Source: Camelus ferus
Lineage: Eukaryota
Direction of reading: 5' to 3'
Length of the DNA stretch: 64,000 nucleotides
Assembly: GCF_009834535.1 (NCBI RefSeq)
Contig: NC_045696.1
Span: forward strand, 57,600,001 to 57,664,000
Made by a program: the position numbers and the translations under genes. Within the stretch, counting starts at the first letter, position 1. Every line of letters starts with the position of its first letter. The notes under the pieces are model-generated. The model made no database searches. It was not told the DNA's origin and saw only the letters and a program-made list of their open reading frames with translations. Of the stretch, positions 25,521-37,977 are shown one piece after another.

Positions 25521-26258
25521 GAATACAGTTTTGTGCAGCCACTGTGGAAAACAGTATGGAGATTCCTCAAAAGACTAGGAATAGACTTACCATATGACCC
25601 AGGAATCCCACTCCTGGGCATATATCCAGAAGGAACCCTACTTCAAAAAGACACCTGCACCCCATTGTTCATAGCAGCACTATTTACAATAGCCAAGACA
25701 TGGAAACAGCCTAAATGTTCATCAACAGATGACTGGATAAAGAAGAGGTGGTATATTTATACAATGGAATAGTATTCAGCCATAAAAACCAACAACACAA
25801 TGCCATTTGCAGCAACATGGATGTTCCTGGAGAATGTCTTTCTAAGTGAAGTAAGCCAGAAAGAGAAACAAAAATACCAAATGAGATCACTCATATGTGG
25901 AATCTTAAAAAAAAAGAACATAAATACAAAACAGAAACAGACTTATAGACATAGAATACAAACTTTTGGTTGCCAAGGGGGCGGGAGGGTGGGAAGGGAC
26001 AGACTGGGATTTCAAAATGTAGAATAGATAAACAAGATTATACTGTATAGCACAGGGAAATATATACAAGATCTTGTGGTAGCTCACAGCAAAAAAAATG
26101 TGACAATGAATATATGTATGTTCATGTATAACTGAAAATTGTGCTCTACACTGGAATTTGATACAACATTGTAAAATGACTATATAACTGAATAAAAAAA
26201 TGTTTAAAGAAAGGTGAACAAAGAAATAAACAAATCAAAGGAAAAACCAAAAATTAAA
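25521..26258 (+). mobile_element. Young 5'-truncated L1 (ORF2 C-terminus and 3' UTR), 16-bp TSD
   Basis: [32 protein letters not shown]...[12 protein letters not shown] then FAATWMFLENVFLSEVSQ. TSD AAAAGTCCCATCAATA at 25505-25520 and 26259-26274; TT/AAAA site. Confidence 0.93.
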
Positions 26259-26611
26259 AAAAGTCCCATCAATAAACTTGGCGGAGCAAAGAAGAATCAT
26301 GGAACCTGAAAATAGGTCAATAAAAATTACATAAACTAATAAACAAAAGAAAAAATAGGATGGGGGTAAAAAGCAGAACAGTGCAACCAAGAGCTGAAGG
26401 AAAACACCAAATGGTATAATATACATGTAACTGGAATCCCAGGAGAGGTAAAGAGAAAGAACATGAGACAGAACAAATATCTGAAGAAATAATGGCCAAG
26501 AATATTTTTAAATTAATGCCATAACTCAAACCACAGATCTAAGAAGCTCAGAGGAAAGATAAATATCCAAACCAAACCAAAACAAACAAACAAAAAAAAC
26601 CCTACCTATAT

Positions 26612-27008
26612 TTATATGAATTTGCTGGGCTACCATAACAAAATACCACAGACTGGGTGGCTGAAGCAACAGAAATTTATTCCTCACAGTTCTGAAGTCT
26701 GCAAGTTCAAGATCAAGGTGTGGCAGGGTTGGGGCATCTCCTTGTGGCTTGCAGATGGCTGTCTTCTTGCTGTCTCTTTACATAGTCATCCCTCTGTCCA
26801 TGGATGTTATTCATAGTGTCTCTGTGTCCAAACTTTCCCTTCTTATAAGGACATCAGTCAGACTGGATTAGGGGCCATCTCAACAGCCTCATCTAAACTT
26901 AAATCACCTCTTTAAAGACCATATCTTCAAATACAGTCACATTCAATGGTACCTGGGGTTAAGACTTCAGCATATAAATTCTAGGGGGAAACAATTCAGT
27001 CCATGCCA
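26612..27008 (-). mobile_element. MLT1B-like MaLR LTR
   Basis: ccataacaaaataccacagactgggtggct...cttcttataaggacatcagtcagactggattagggg...aattcagtccatgcca. Confidence 0.8.
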
Positions 27009-27375
27009 ATATTCAAAGTTGAAAACCAAAAGCAAAGAGGAAATCTTGAAAATACATAGAGGGAAACAAAATTACCCACAGAAGAAGGATAAGAATTACA
27101 GCAGACTTTTTCTCCCCCTTGAAACCTTGCAAATAAGAAAATAATGGAGTGCTGTACTTAAAGTACTGAAAGAAAGAAAATTGTCAACCCAATTCTTTAC
27201 CCAGCAAAAAATATTCTTCAGAAATGATGGAGAATTACTTTTTCAGACAAATACTGATAAAATTCATTGCCAGTATGCATACTCCCCAAGAAATATAAAA
27301 AACCCCAAAACCCACCAATCAACAAACAAAAAAAAAACCCTTTAGGTAGAAGGAATATGTATTGTTTAAAAAATA

Positions 27376-27676
27376 CAGGCATACCTTAGAGCTACTGCTG
27401 GTTTGGTTCCAAACCACCTCAACAAAGTGAGTCACATAAGATTTTTTGGTTTCCCAGGGCATATAAAAGTTATGTTTACACTATACTTGGCCTATTAAGT
27501 GTCAAATAGCATTATGTCTTAAAAAATAATGTACATACCTTAAAAAATACTTTATTGCTGAAAACTGCTAACCATTATCTGCCAACTCTGAGTTGCCACA
27601 AACATTAATTTTGCAAAAACCCCACACTATTCCTGAAGTGCAATAGATCAAGGCACAATAAAATTAGGTATGGCTG
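27376..27676. mobile_element. Tigger1 internal-deletion derivative (~300 bp)
   Basis: Terminal inverted repeats caggcatacct/aggtatggctg flanked by TA. Both Tigger1 ends are joined with no transposase. Confidence 0.85.
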
Positions 27677-27869
27677 TACATAAAAAATTTTGAAATGGAA
27701 TAAATGAAAGAAAAAAATATTTTTCCCTTAAATTTAATGTGCTAGAAATAACTGTGTAAAGCAAAATAATAATGTACTGTGTTTAAAGCATGAATAAAAG
27801 TAAAATAGATGACAAAAATACCACAATTATAAAATTTACTTGTAAGTTCTTAAAAGATTCAGTTAAGGA

Positions 27870-30800
27870 ACTTCTTTTCTTTCTTAACATAGACATTTAT
27901 TGCTATAAACTTCCCTCTTAGAACTGCACTTGCTGCATCTCATAAGTTTCAGTATTTTGTGTTTTCATTTGTCTATCTCAAGATTCTTTTTGATCTCTTT
28001 TTTTATTTCTTCTTTGACCCATTCATCACCTCTGATTTTAGTAATTTGAGTCTTCTTTTTTTCTGAATCCATCTAGCTAAATTTTTGTCAATTTTTTTAT
28101 CTTTAAAAAGGAACCAATTTTTGATTTGTTTCTCTATTGCTTTTCTATTCTTTATTTCATTTATTTCTTTTTTAATCTTTATTATTTCCTTCCTTCTGCT
28201 ATCTTTGGATTTAGTTTGTTCTTCTTTTTCTAGTTTCTTATGTTGTAAAGTTTCTAGTCCCTTACATTGTCAATTTGAGATTTTCATTGTTTTTTTTTTA
28301 TGTCAGTGTTTATAGCTATAAGACCTAGTTTCACTGTGTCTTACAAGTTTTGGTGTTGTGTTTTCGTTTTCATTCATCTCAAAGTATTTTCTAATATCCT
28401 TTGTGATTTCTCCTCTGATTCATTGGTTGCTTAAGATTATGTTGCTTAATTTCCACAAATTTGTGAATTTTCTAGTTTTGTCTCTGTTATTGATTTCTAA
28501 CTTCTTGTTGTGGTCTGAGAAGATACTCTGTATGATGTCTACCTTTTAAAATCTATTGAAAGTTAATTTGTGGCCTAACTTATTGTCTATCCTGGAAAAT
28601 GTCTTATGTGTACTTGAAAAGAAGATGTATGCTGTTATTGTTGGGCCAAGTGTTCTGTGTACGTCTGTTAGATCTAGTTGGTCTGTTTTGTCCTCTATTT
28701 CCTTACTTATCTTCTGTTTGGTTGTTCTATCCATTATTGAGAGTGGTCTAATGAAGTCTCCAACTATCAGTAACTATTGATAAGGAGACTTACTTTCATC
28801 ATTTTGGTATCTGTTTTCTATCTACCTCATAGATTTTTTTTTTGTCTCTCATTTCCTATATTAGTCTTCTTTTGCCTTTAGTTGATTTTTTTTTTGTAGT
28901 GAAATGTTTAAAGTCCTTTCTTATGTCCTTATATATATTCTATAGCTGCTTTCTTTGTGGTTACCATGGGGATTACATTTAGACATCCTAAAGTTGTAGT
29001 ATTTTAATTTGAATTAATTTGGTTAACTTTAGTAATATACAGAAACTCTGTTCCTTTATAGCTGTGTAACCACCCCTACTCAGTTGTTGACAGTACAAAA
29101 TTGCATCTTTATTCATTGTGTGCCCCAAAACATAAACTAATAAGTCTTTTAAATGTATTAGTCTCTTCAATTACATAGAAAACAAAATGTAGAATTACAA
29201 ACCAAAGTTAAAATAATACCAGCTTTTAGAATTGCCCATGTATTTACCTTTATTGACATCTTTATTTCTTTACATGGCTTTGAGTTACTATCTAGTTTGC
29301 TTTCATTTCATCCTGCAGGACTCCCTTAAGCATTTCTTGAAGAGAAAATCTAGTAGTAACCAAGTCTCTCAGCTTTCGTTTACCTGGGAATAACTAAATT
29401 TCTCCCTCACCTCTGAAAGATAGTTTTTCCATACATAGGATTGTTGGTTGACTGTGTGGTTTTTTTTTTTTTTTTTTCCTTTTAGCACTTTGACTATATT
29501 GGCCCATGGCCTTCTGGCCTCCAAAGTTTCTAACAAGAAATATGGTGATAATCTAATTGAGGATCCCTTGTATATGACAAGTGATTCTCATAAGATGCTT
29601 TGAAGAATCTCTCTTTGTATTTAGCTTTCAGAAGTTTCATCATATGTCTCAGGGTAGGTCTCTTTGAGTTCATCTTACTTAGAGATTGTTAAGCTGCTTA
29701 AATGTTTATATTCATGTCTTTCATCAAATTTGTAAAGGTTTTCTGCCCTTTCTCCCTCTCTTCTCCTTCTTGGAGTCCTATAATGAATATGTTGGTTGAT
29801 TTGATGATGTTCCATAGGTACTTTAGGCTCTGATCATTTTTCTTCATTTTTTTCTTCCTGTATCTCATCTTGATAATTACTTTCGTTTTATCTTCAAGTT
29901 CACTGATTCTTTGCTCAAATTTTCCTTTGATTCCTTCTTGTGAATTTTTCATTTCAGTTATTGTACTTTTCAGCTCTATAATTGTTTTGGTTTTTTTCTA
30001 GGTTTCCTATCTCTTTTATTGATATTTCCATTTTGTTCATCCATCATTTTATTGACTTTCTTCACAGCTTCTTTTGGTTCTTTAAGCATCTTTAAGATAG
30101 TTGTTCTAAAGTCTTTGTCTTGCAGATCTGCCATCAAGTCTTTATCAAGGACCAGTTTCTGTCGATTTTTTGTTTCCTTTGAGTGGGCCATACTTTCCAT
30201 TTCATTATATACATTGTGATTGTTTTCTGTTGAAACTGGACATTTAAATCTAATAATGTGGTAACTCTGGAAATCAGATTATCCACCTTTCCCAGTGTTT
30301 GCTTTTCATTATTCTTTTTGGTTTTTAGATTGTTGTAGGCTATCTCTGTGCCAAGGATCAGACTGAGGTATAAACTTAGGATTTTCTCAGGTCTTTTGTG
30401 AGTCTATGCCTTTCTCTAGGCATGCATGGTCACTTTCTAATTTCCCCCATACACTATTGCTTTTGAACTTCCTAGTCTTTAATGCCTGGCTCTACAAAGT
30501 GGGGGAAGAGAAAAATAAAGGCAGAGGAAGGGCTCCAGCCCTTTAAATCCCCTCTAAGTCACTTTCACTGGCAGGGGAGGAACTTTCAACAATGGGGGCA
30601 GGTGCAACAACAATGGCTTCTCATCTCTTTGTCTGCACTTTCCTATCAGAAGCAGCAGTCAGGGATCAGAATTTAGATCCCAAATATTTGGAATACAGGG
30701 TTATTTTGTCCACCCTGAATCATGCAAGCTGTATGCAGCTGCTCCAGGAACTTGTGCACAACTACCTGCAGTGGACCTGGGAGTGGGAGATGGGCAGCTG

Positions 30801-30990
30801 CTCCTCTTCCAAGAGTTGAAATTGACTGAAATTAACCACATTTTATAGTCCAAGCCTTCCTATGGAAATTGAAAGACTTCAATAGACTACAGAGTTCCAA
30901 AATAGTACATCAGACACATTCTGCCAGTGCAATAGTTGTCTAGTGAGACAGATTCCTGGTGCTTCCTACTCTGCAATCTTTTCAGAATCC
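27870..30990 (-). mobile_element. L1 antisense: 5' region, ORF1 and ORF2 endonuclease remnants
   Basis: 28546-28734(-) MDRTTKQKISKEIED..DQLDLTDVHRTL...FFSSTHKTFSRID is the endonuclease domain; 29698-29952(-) RISELEDK...LKYLWNIIKSTNIFIIGLQEGEE is ORF1. Confidence 0.9.
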
Positions 30991-31914
30991 TATCATTTGT
31001 TATTTTTAAACTTCATTAAAAATAATACAGGTAGTCTATTTCTAATAATTCTTTCTTAACATTCTGATCTTCTAAACTAATTTACAACTTTTTTTTAGTC
31101 TTATCTTTACATTTTAGCTGGCTTTCATTTTTTTCTTTCTTCCTTCATAGCCTTTTTATTTTATTTCTTTCTTCAGTCATAGCTTTTCCATTATTAGAAT
31201 TTCAATTTTAATTCATTTCTAAATATTCTGGAACATGTCTTTTAAGTACTTTATTTAGAAAGGTTATCTTAGTGGTGGTATTTTTGTTATTGTTGTTTTT
31301 CTGTCTGCTTGGTAATATATTCTATTGACTTCACACATAACTGGCAACTTATCTTGGTAGAGAATGCTTATCTCCAAACTTAATGAATATTGTTCTGTGA
31401 TTTTCTGACATTTAGGGTTGATTAAGAGGCCAAGTCAGTTTAGCTCTCTCTGTAGTCAGCCTACTTTAAATTTCTTTTTCAAGTTTTCTTTGTCTTTGGA
31501 GTTTAAAATGCTCACAATGTTTTTTATCTGGATGAAAATCTATTTTCTTAAAGAAATTTTTTTGACAATCTGAACCTTTTGAGTGCCTTTTTAGTTCATA
31601 TGCAGAAATTGCTTCTGGTAATAGTTTCCACTTGATGAATTTCATGCTTCTCTTTCAAGTACATCTTTTAATTTTAGGATACTGCTGTTTTTTCAGATCT
31701 TTATTTTAGGAATCTTCTCTTTGACAATTTAATCTTGGACTATAGTAGGAATGAAATAACAAAAGCAGCTAGTTTTTGTTTGCCCTCCTTGGTTATGCAG
31801 CTCTTGTTAGGTGGACATCTTCTTGCTGATGAAGTTCAGTAAAATCTTCCATCATCTTAGTGGTAGAAATCACAGGGGGAGGCTACCCACTTCCAATCCA
31901 CACCCATAATAAAT

Positions 31915-32125
31915 CACACTTTTTATGGACTTTGGGTGATGATGTGTCAGTGTAGGTTCATCTTTTGGAACAAATGTACCACTCTGGTGTGGGATCTTGA
32001 TAGTAGGGAAGGCTGTGCATGTGTGGGGGGCAGGGAGTACATGGGAACGCTCCACGTTTCTCTTCAATTTTGTTATGAATCTAAAACTGCTCTAAAAATA
32101 ACATCAATCTTTAAAAAATTAAAAT
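31915..32125 (+). mobile_element. L1MC-like 3' end
   Basis: tatggactttgggtgatgatgtgtcagtgtaggttcatc...aacaaatgtaccactctggtg...taaaactgctctaaaaataa. Confidence 0.8.
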
Positions 32126-32269
32126 AACATTTCATGAAGAAAAACATACTTTTAATTTTCCTACCAAAATCTGTGGAATGTTCTTTTACTCTATCTTATA
32201 GATGCGGAGTTTTGTTTGTTTGTTTTTTTTGTTTTTCTCTTTTTAATTATCTTATTTTCTAGGTTTTCT

Positions 32270-32481
32270 GAGGGAATTTCAAGAGGTGGGAATTTTTAGT
32301 CAGCCTCCTTTTAATGTCATGTCTGGGACTCAAGTCACTGAATTATTTTTTAAATATATTTAGACCTAGGTCAACAAATTCAAATGCAAGAAAAGGGTTA
32401 AATTTCTTCCACAAGTGTTGGCAAAATCTGTAGAAAAAAAAAAGAGGAACAGCCTTTAATAAAGAAAGTTACAGAGTATAC
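32270..32481 (+). promoter_or_regulatory. CD86: CD86 distal promoter
   Basis: PU-box-like aaaaGAGGAA (32444-32449), AT-rich tttaataaa about 25 nt upstream of the inferred start, NF-kB-like GGGAATTTCA (32272-32281). Confidence 0.55.
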
Positions 32482-32628
32482 AGTCATTGAGGAGGAAGGC
32501 TTTCACAGGCGTAGGAGGGGTTGCTCCTCCTTCCACTGTAACGTGGACCAGCACAGACGGACAGACAAGCAGGGTCATTCCCAGACGTTACCCCTACAGC
32601 AGGAACAGTGAAGATGGCTCTCAGGATG
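32482..32628 (+). other. CD86: CD86 distal first exon (5' UTR plus an ATG that is out of frame with the main CDS)
   Basis: agtcattgaggaggaaggctttcacagg...gcacagac...gggtcattcccaga...aagATGGCTCTCAGGATG|gtaagt resembles the recalled human CD86 exon 1 (…AAAATGGATCCCCAGTG|gt). Strong donor gtaagt. The start coordinate is inferred from homology. Confidence 0.88.
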
Positions 32629-34629
32629 GTAAGTGATCATTATTCGTGTTTTTTGAAAGGCAGTTATGAGTCAAGTGACCTCAGCGTTAGGCTGAGGTTG
32701 AGGATGGTGCTCTGTTTTCTGTCCTTCCTGCCCAAGAATGGTAATTATTTACTAGGGGCATGTTTACACGGGAGCCCAAAGGGAGAACACCTAGGAGAAA
32801 GGGGTCTATGCTGTGGAAGGTTAGCTAAAGTCTTGAAGCTGTTCTCCCCTTCTTGCTCCAACACTCTAGCTTGACCTTCAAGGCAGGGGACCTTTTTGAA
32901 ACATTCCCACCAAAGACATTTGACTACTGGTTAAAGGTGAGAATTATCTGAGGTGTCAAAATGTTTACTGGTTGTTGGGGTTCTTTAGGTGATTCATTTT
33001 GATTTTTTTAAACTTGCTTTCCAAATATTTAAATGTTGCAATTATTAATTTCAAGAATCAGGAAATTTTTAAATGTCTGTGTAAGTATAACGAATGATAA
33101 GGAGCAAATTCAGTGTACACCAAGGACAGTTTGGCCCGGGGTGCGGGGAATGAGAGAGAGAAGGTGGAAGGAGAGAGGCCAAGGAAAAGGAAGAGGAATA
33201 AGAGGTGTAAGAAGAAAACGCAGAACCTAGATAACAGGCCACAGACAGGCCATGGGAAATTCTGAGCAGGGTGAGGCAGTAGAAGGAAGCAGAGTAATCC
33301 AATTAGCTACGGGGTATTGAACACGCACTCCGTGTTGCGGACTTTACAAGTGTGATTTCACTGAATGTTAATCTTTGCAGTGATTCTTGGATAGATGGTA
33401 TCATCATTGTGTTTTACAGAGAGATAACTGTGGCTTAAAGTGGCTAAATAATTAGCTAAAGGTCACACTAGTCATAGGGAGTAAAGCTAAAATCTTTCTG
33501 CTCTGCCCTGCACTGCAAGCTTTCTTCGTGCCCTGGCAGGCCTAGAGTGCCTTACTGTAAGTCCCACCCACCCTTCTCTTGGGTGATGGTAGCTAGGGTC
33601 ACTCGTTATTTATTATTGTTCTTTGAAAATCTACATAACCCACATCTATCCAGTGCTTACTGGTTTGGGAAACAGCTTTGCTGCTTTTATTTGAGAAGCT
33701 TAGAATTTAATTTCCAAGTAAAGATTCCTTCTCCTTCCAGTGGAATTTTGAAATGTTACCTCTGTCTGAAGAAGTCAATTTCAGAATGTATCATTTTTGT
33801 GGCTCCATAGAAATGGTACCCCTTAACTACGCTAACACTGCGTGCAGATACCTATAGAGCCACAGGCCACTGCTTACATTGTTCTTGTTAAGATTCTGTT
33901 TCATGGGGCCCAAAAATTGATCATGAACAGGAAACTTTAAAATATAAATGGCCAATAGTGTTTAGTCTCATCATTATAAGGGCATAATCATATATGTTTG
34001 TAAAGTTTTAGTGACATGGATAGTTTCCTTCCCATTGTTTCTCCTAGGGAAAATCTTAGACACAACTTAAATGTCTAAACATAAGTAGTTGGTTAATTAC
34101 GGAACATCTTTAATGGAATACCATTCAATCATTAAAAATTCTATTGTGGAGCAATTCTTAATGTGTTTAGCTTAAGACAAAAAGCAGACTGTACAGTTCT
34201 ACTTCTTTTATACATGATACTTGTGTACACATGATGCTTATCAAAAATACAGATATTTTTATCTTCTATTTTGTGCTTTTGAACTTGGATCACATCTGCA
34301 GGCAGAAAAATAAAACTAGGTATTTAAGAAAAAGAAACCAGTAGCTGCTTCTCTCAGAAAAGTGGACAGCTGTATACTGGTACATGATCACTCATAATTT
34401 GTGGAATTCCATTGTTTGGGCTTTGGCCCTTTGTGTTTAACTTTTTTGTCTCTTGACTTCTCTTCAAAATATACTCATTCTACCCATAACTCACTAGATC
34501 CTGACAGGCCTGTTTTCATAGACAGTTCTGTGTGGAAGAGACCAGAGCACTCATTTCCTTATTTTACAAATGGATTGTACAGCTCTAGAGTGAGCTGCAT
34601 GGTGAAAGGAAGAACAGTGCAGGGGTTAA

Positions 34630-34870
34630 ACGGCCAAACCGACGAACCAGAGTGCTGGGGTTTGCATCCCAGCTTCTCCCACTTTCTAGCTTTGTGACCT
34701 CGGATCAATTGCTTAACCACTGAAATTCTTAGTTTCTTAGTTGTACAATGGGGGTAATTTTGATGTGTCATAGGTGGTTATGAGATTTTAATGAGATAAT
34801 TCATGTAAAGTGCTTACAACATTGGTTTGATAAGTACTCAGTAATTATTATTAGTTGTTTTTATTGCTAT
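34630..34870 (+). mobile_element. MIR SINE
   Basis: gggtttgcatcccagcttctcccactttctagctttgtgacctcgg...taatgagataattcatgtaaagtgctta. Confidence 0.8.
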
Positions 34871-35499
34871 CAGTTAGGATTGAGAAACAGAAAGGAAGCG
34901 ATTTGTCTGAGATTATACAGCTACTTGATGGCAATGCTAAGACTAGAATTCAGGAAGGTTTTTTCCAGCAGAAGTATTAAATACCCTCGGAGCCTGCCAA
35001 GACAGCCTGAGGCTGGGCTCCCAGGGAAGCTGACATGAACTAGCAGAGCCCAAGCGCAAGACTAGCCTCTTCCAGGGAATGACTCTGATCACAGTGGGAA
35101 GCCAAATGCTAGAAAAAGAGGATGAAGCTGAGGAAGCTGAGAGCCAAATTAGATGCAAGGATGAAGTCAGGAGCAAAGAGCTAGCCCAGGAGAGAAAAGA
35201 TGTTTGAGAGACTCAACTGAGGCTTTTCTGGACTACCAGCTGTGAGCTTCATGAGGTCAACATAGTTTAAACACCCAAAGTCTGAGTGGTTAAATAAACA
35301 AGTAGGGTGCACGGAGGAATTGTAGTATAGCTGCAAGAAGATGCTTGACACGTGGTACTAACAGAGGATTAGGCGGAGACTGGGAGAGACCAGAGCAAGG
35401 AACCCCCCATCCTCCACCCTGAGCCCAGGCATCTATTATGATTATCCTAAAGTCACAGCCTAAGTTTGAGGAATCATTAACAAGCACAAATATGATAAA

Positions 35500-36195
35500 A
35501 TTGCTTTAAAAATTCCTCAGGCAGCAGAGTGCAGAACTGATTTGGGGTGACAAGGAAGTCAGTTAGGAAACTATTGGACTAATAGGACTATAGGAAACTA
35601 ATCCAAGGAGAGGTGCTGAGGACATGAAACTCGGGCAGTTTTAATGGGATCAGAGAGAAGAGGATGCATTTGGGAGGTTTAAGCACTAGAATTGACAGGA
35701 TTTGGTTTTTGACAGATATGGAGCTTGGAAGGAGAAAAATCTAAGCACATAGTGGCATCCTTCACAAAATGGGGGATATAGGAAGTGGAATGGGTTTGGG
35801 CCAAGGGAAAAGAAAGGACAGAAGTGGAGTTCATTTTTTAACATGCTGAATTTGAGGTCCTTTGGAGCAGCTAGATGATGATGTCCAAGTAGACAAGAAG
35901 ATATACAGGCGTTAAAGCTCAAGAGAAAGGTATGGGCTGGAGTAAGCAATAAGAGTCTTCAGCATCAGGTGATAGTTGAAATTCTCATTGTAGGTGATAT
36001 CATTGGGGAGAAGGGATAGTGGAGTGAGAAGAAGCCAAGGATGGAACCTGGAAAACTTTGACACTTAAGGAGGTAGATGAGGATGAAGAGTCTGCAACAG
36101 ACACCAAGGAGGGACTAGAGAGATTGGAGCAAAGCAGGAGAAAAGTGATGTCACAGAAACCAAAGGAGGAAAGAGATGCAAGTAAGAGAAGGATG
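35500..36195 (-). mobile_element. L2 fragment
   Basis: gagttcatttttaacatgctgaatttgaggtc...aagctcaagagaaaggtatgggctggag...gtgatgtcacagaaaccaaagg. Confidence 0.75.
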
Positions 36196-36342
36196 CTGTG
36201 CACCCGAAACTAACTAATATTATAAATCAACTATACTTCAATTTTTAAAAGAGGAGGACATGTCCATGGAAAGACAAAGTATTTTTACCAAACTTCTACA
36301 CTGAGCACATGAGACACAGGAAAAGTGACTTTAGGGACTGAG

Positions 36343-36757
36343 TGTTAAGGACTGACTGTGTCCCCTCAAAATCGTATGTTGAAGTCTTAATCCCCAGTGC
36401 CTCAGGATGTGACTGTATTTGGAGACAGGGTCTTTACAGAGATAATCAAGCTAAAATGAGGTCATCAGGGTGGGCCCTAATCCAAGATGACTGGTATGCG
36501 TAAAAAGAAGGGGAAATTTGGCTACGGAAACACAGCTAGAGGGACGATGATGTGAAGAGACATGGAGTAGACACCACCTGTAAGCCACGAGGAGAGGCCT
36601 GGGACGGAGCCTCCCTCACAGTCCTCAGAAGGAACCAGCACTGCTGATACCTTCATTTTGGACTTCCGGCTTCCAGAACTATGAGACACTACATTTCTGT
36701 TGTTTAAACCACTCAGTTTGTGGTACTTGGTTGCCAGAGCCCTAATGAACTAATACA
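36343..36757 (+). mobile_element. MLT1B-like MaLR solo LTR
   Basis: tgttaaggactgactgtgtcccctcaaaat...gtgactgtatttggagacagggtcttt...ccagaactatgagac...aactaataca. Confidence 0.88.
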
Positions 36758-37977
36758 CTTGGTAAGTGTACATAATCCTTTGGCGAGAGCACATATAGCC
36801 AGGAAAAAAAAAAAAACTGAATAAGTGGAGTAAGTGTCTCAGAGAGGTAGGGGAGGAACCAAAAAAAAAAAAAAAAAAAAGGATTAGGTCACCTAAGCTA
36901 ACAGGAGAAAAATATTTCACAAAGTAGAGGGTAGTCATGGTGTCAAATTCTGCAGAAAGGTGAAGTAGGAGAATGACTGAAAATGTCAGGCCAGAAGTCC
37001 TTGGTGACCTTTGCAGAGCACTCCAGGCTGAGTAGAGGGGGTAGACCTCAGAGAGCTGAGAACTGAGACAGCAGATGGACCACTCCCCCAAAACACTCAG
37101 TGATGAAAGGGGACCTCTTCACAGGACTAAACTCACCTCTGCTGTCCATAAAGAGCCACAAGGAGACACCCTGGAGTCAGGCAGCAGACCCAGAGTCTCC
37201 TTTCCTTGCTGCAGCTGTCATTTTATGTCAGAGTTTTGGTACTGACACAGATTCCTCTCTCTCTTGTTAAGCCATGAGAAAGTCGTTATTCAAGTCAGAG
37301 AGGAAATTTGTGGTGAATCTGATGATGTAAAGCAGGAAACAAACCCCAGTGGAATTTGGAGGATCACTTGTAACATGTCAACAAACAGGAAAAAACGTAA
37401 TAGGATTGGAATAGGGAAGTATTAAATCATTTTCTTAGAAAGCGTTGAAGTTAAAATGAGTCTAAAATTTGCTTCCTGTAGTCTCAGAATATTAGTGGGC
37501 CAAACAACCCAAATATCACAGTTCTATATTGTTGGGGATCAATTAATCAGGTTTGACTCTACTAAAAGATCTAATAAAGATAAAAAAGAATGCACATTTA
37601 GTTAAGTAAATGAATTAGTATCAGCCAGGAAGTAACCATGGGGCAAAACCTGAAATAAATAACCACCCAAAAGATAAACCTAGATCATCGTCTCCATCTT
37701 ATGACTATTTTCAACCAACTAAGCAATACGTCTTCATCAAGAACTTGATAGTTTTAAGACAGTATGGAGAATATAGAAGAAAACGCTGACATGTGATTTT
37801 TATAGTCTAACTGGGAATAGTAACCAATGACCATGAAATTACAAAAGCAGTGCAGTGCAGTTAATAATTAAGTGACTTTAAAATTTGTAAATAATCAAAA
37901 AATACTCTTTTCAGTACACATTGAAGAAACGCCAATTCAAGCACCAACGTGATATTTTCATTTATCAGATTAACCAG

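Larger units (their letters stand above)
23050..27370 (+). mobile_element. Old L1 5' region and ORF1 remnant hosting several nested insertions
   Basis: aatcagaaccagaaacaaatatgacacagacgttggaactat..., gaagaaataatggccaagaat...aaaccacagatctaagaagctcaga, aagaattacagcagactttt (ORF1-type motifs). Confidence 0.7.

Noticed and set aside
25491..26027. ORFs with well-preserved L1 ORF2 C-terminal peptide
   Set aside because: 5'-truncated copy with a premature stop after YTME; cannot encode a functional ORF2p.
28546..30200. Endonuclease-like and coiled-coil ORFs
   Set aside because: Fragmented L1 ORF1/ORF2 remnants with stops and frameshifts; no sign of domestication.
32608..32874. 88-aa ORF MKMALRMVSDH...
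   Set aside because: Starts at a GTG and runs through the gtaagt donor into the intron; not a gene.
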